NCBI GenBank assembly: GCA_001949185.1
Contig: BDGG01000019.1
Coordinates: 399,231 to 463,230, forward strand
Reading direction: 5' to 3'
DNA length: 64,000 bases
From: Ramazzottius varieornatus
Lineage: Eukaryota > Animalia > Tardigrada
Positions 61,369 to 64,000 of the stretch are shown here, piece after piece. The stretch's first letter is position 1. The number at the start of each line of letters is the position of its first letter. Both the position numbers and the translations under genes were made by a program. The notes beneath the pieces are model-generated. The model had not been told where the DNA came from and did not search any database. It saw only the letters and a program-made list of their open reading frames with translations.

Positions 61369-62135
61369 CACGCACGGCGAGATATTACGAACCAGTAAAA
61401 ATTACGGGCCAGGCCTTTCTCTACGGCGGCACGGGCAGGTGATTCTTGCTACAAGTAAAAACCAGCATCGAAGGCTGCACTGCTGTACGTACGTGCTGGA
61501 CATTGGGCTGAGGACCTAAAACATGTCATATCAATATTTATTGTGTGGTATCTTCGACATAACGTAGGAAGGTGCTGCGTGAAAGTTTGAAGACTGGAGC
61601 TGCTTCGCGTAGTGCCATTCCATTCCCGACAGCAGATAGAGCATCCTTCGGGGCTTCTTCTGTGTATCGTCGATACCCTTTGGTCTTGAAGGGCTGGGAC
61701 ATTTTCAAAAACGCTCACGGAAAGGATATCGGGACAAGGAGTCCAGAGCTTCTTCGGGAGAAAGTTGAATGGCTATACACAGTGAAACAGCTGATCAGCT
61801 GATGGCCACTGTCCATGACAATTTTCTATGGTTGAATTTTAAACGTTACGTCATTTGTCCGATTTCTGTTTCTGACTTATCTTTGTCTTTATCTTTGTCT
61901 GGAAGACGATTACTAAGATCTATATCCTATGCAAACATAGACATGGCTGGTCGTCGTTTTCGTCGCTTCTTGTCACTTTTAGGCGTTGCAAACCGCTCGG
62001 TCTGTAAAATTTAAACTAGTGTAAATGCAATTACAGTTTTACAATTACACTATTTTACATTATACTTTACATTACACGGACCATTTGCGTGTAATGCTCA
62101 TCATTACACTGGCCCGTCATATCTCGTCGTGCGTG
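61369..62135. mobile_element. TA-flanked element, family 1, long (767 bp) form
   Basis: TA both sides; ends CACGCACGGCGAGATATTACGAACCAGT / ACTGGCCCGTCATATCTCGTCGTGCGTG, homologous to 5919-6119; contains TTACA-rich subterminal repeats at 62030-62110. Confidence 0.8.
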
Positions 62136-62468
62136 TACACTTTTATCCGCCAGAAATTGCTGAAATAACTGCCGCTTTGATATTAGAAATACCTGCATTT
62201 CAGAACACGTACGATCCTGACTCCACTTCCCTTTCGGAGCTCAGATACACATACCTCGGATACGGTACCTGTATTCTTTGTGTGCCATTGATATCTGTTC
62301 CTTCCACTGCCATCTTGAGAATTATGTTTAAACTAGTCTACCATCTTCGACACTGTCTGCCACAATTACTGAGTGCAAAATTACCGCTTCGAAATTCCCT
62401 GATTTCATATTGGGCAACAAAAAGTTTTCGAATTTCTGTTGAGTTCCTCCGCATCTTCCGAAACTTTT

Positions 62469-62556
62469 TGTCCAGTGATTTTGTCCAGTACAATTGTCCA
62501 GTACAGCTGTCCAGCCGGACATTATCCAATGTCCATGTCCGCTGTATTGTCCAGCT
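62469..62556. repeat. Degenerate TGTCCAG tandem repeat
   Basis: TGTCCAG five times plus TGTCC variants at roughly 12-bp spacing. Confidence 0.65.
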
Positions 62557-62816
62557 TTTACAACATGCCCGTAAGGCTCGGAACACCACGCCTAAACACC
62601 CTTGATCAAGCACAAAATTTCATCGGCTTGATGTTCTATCTACTGTAATCGAAAACTTCGGCTGGTAACACTACGAATTGACAAATTGACTTATGTAGAA
62701 AAATTGGACTAAGCAATTAGCATTGATTTCGATTCTCGCCATGATGCATGATGCCCAAGTATACAACCTCTCGGTGAATTACAAAAAAAAGGTTGGAGAA
62801 AAATTCGAATTGCTTT

Positions 62817-63024
62817 CACGACAGTCTCGGACCGGATACGTGTTGGTCAGATCGTGGAGGCAGAGTCCTTTCAGCAGGTGGCGGTTGGCTTAACCGCTGT
62901 GATTGATTTTGCCTAGTTCGCCCTTCCATAGTACCCCTGTGGAACTGTGGAAATTGTCGGGTTCCTCAACGGTCTCTATACAGTCTTCGACGATATCATC
63001 GAGCACTTGGACATTTACAGGACT
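62817..63024 (+). pseudogene. Guanylyl cyclase catalytic-domain fragment
   Basis: [48 protein letters not shown]; in-frame TAG at 62914-62916 and an 8-bp duplication at 62937-62952. Confidence 0.75.
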
Positions 63025-64000
63025 TGTACATAGTAGCCAGTGGGCTGCCGACCGGGGACCATGCGGAGCCACCCAAGAAAAAAAAATCGTGGGTTCGGCG
63101 TCCACTCCTGCACGAGAGCGTCTGTGTACCTAAGCGTATGTACGGAGTCCACTAAATTGCATATTTGTGCGCATCACTTGTGCAACCGAACAATCAACCA
63201 ATCAAACGAGCCGTTGATTGATTGATTAAGCCTTTTCATCTTTTTGGAGTGTCATCGCTTGATTGTGTTGATTTCTCCGTTGAATATCGTTCGAATAATT
63301 ACTTGATTGACCTTCATTACTTTTTTGATCGGATCCAACCGGATTGATGAACCGGTCCAATCGGACTGATGATAGGGATGGCCGACTCGGTTCGGTCTTT
63401 CCTTGGATCGAGAAGCTGCAAAAGTCCGGCCCGGACTTACCGGACGGCTCGACCCAACGAAAAATCGGGCCGAATCGATGGCCGACTGGCAGGCTTTCAT
63501 GTCAGATGGGGGTCCGACATAGCAGTCTGACGCCTAGCCGCGTCATGTAAAAAACACTTTCTGTGATGTCTTATGTCCACCTTCGTGGCTGTCCAATTAT
63601 CCCGTTTATCCGAGACTTCCGGCCAACTTTCTCAGGGCCACAATCTTTCCCGCTGTCCACTCCCGATCCCGTCTCGTCCAACTTGGTGGTGCAATCGTTC
63701 TAGTGTCAGCAGGCCACCTGAAAACAGAAGCACTCGTTTACAAGAAACCAGGGGCGCGTGGAGGTCCCGCGGATGGGTAAGGCTGATCAGCCTGTGAGGC
63801 TGGGAAAACCGTGGTCTTGAGCCTTGAGGCTGCCGAAAACTGTGAAGGAGCCTCACGAGGCTGAAAAAACGAAAAAGCAGTATGGTACGCACAAAGAAGA
63901 AATCAGGCTAATTCTATATGGAGCGTCCTATAAAAGTACCTTGGTTTCTATTTGTCAATGTCACAGGTGGTGGTTACGCAGTTTCACTGTAAGCTGAGCC

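Noticed and set aside
63180-64000. Low-complexity CAAT/GATT and CCGA-rich repeats near the window end
   Set aside because: Probably repeat-derived but no ends or family could be defined.

Overview
Eukaryotic (metazoan invertebrate) DNA from a compact genome with mostly short (about 40-100 bp) GT-AG introns; the ORF track fragments most genes, so exon chains were rebuilt by hand. Gene order: 3' part of wntless (+); an Ovo-family zinc-finger gene apparently missing finger 1 (-); vrille/NFIL3 bZIP (-) with a long upstream region rich in D-box-like half sites; three tandem SLC26 (prestin/pendrin-like) anion transporters (-) with a small orphan membrane protein between two of them; a divergent CaMKK-like kinase (+); a three-member orphan family (short gene, long gene, pseudogene); a secreted Cys-rich protein (+); a six-EF-hand calbindin-32-like gene (-); then a zone of damaged genes (UAP56/DDX39-like helicase with a stop and a frameshift, 5'-truncated BCKDHA, guanylyl cyclase fragment) around an intact, intronless anti-lipopolysaccharide-factor-like gene. 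The most striking unexplained structure is a roughly 135-bp, fully palindromic, modular repeat (core CAAGTGGCGCACG...CGTGCGCCACTTG) present in about 25 diverged copies, about 19 of them inside introns. TA-flanked and TTAA-flanked non-autonomous transposons are also present. Exon boundaries are manual predictions and the organism cannot be identified from sequence alone.
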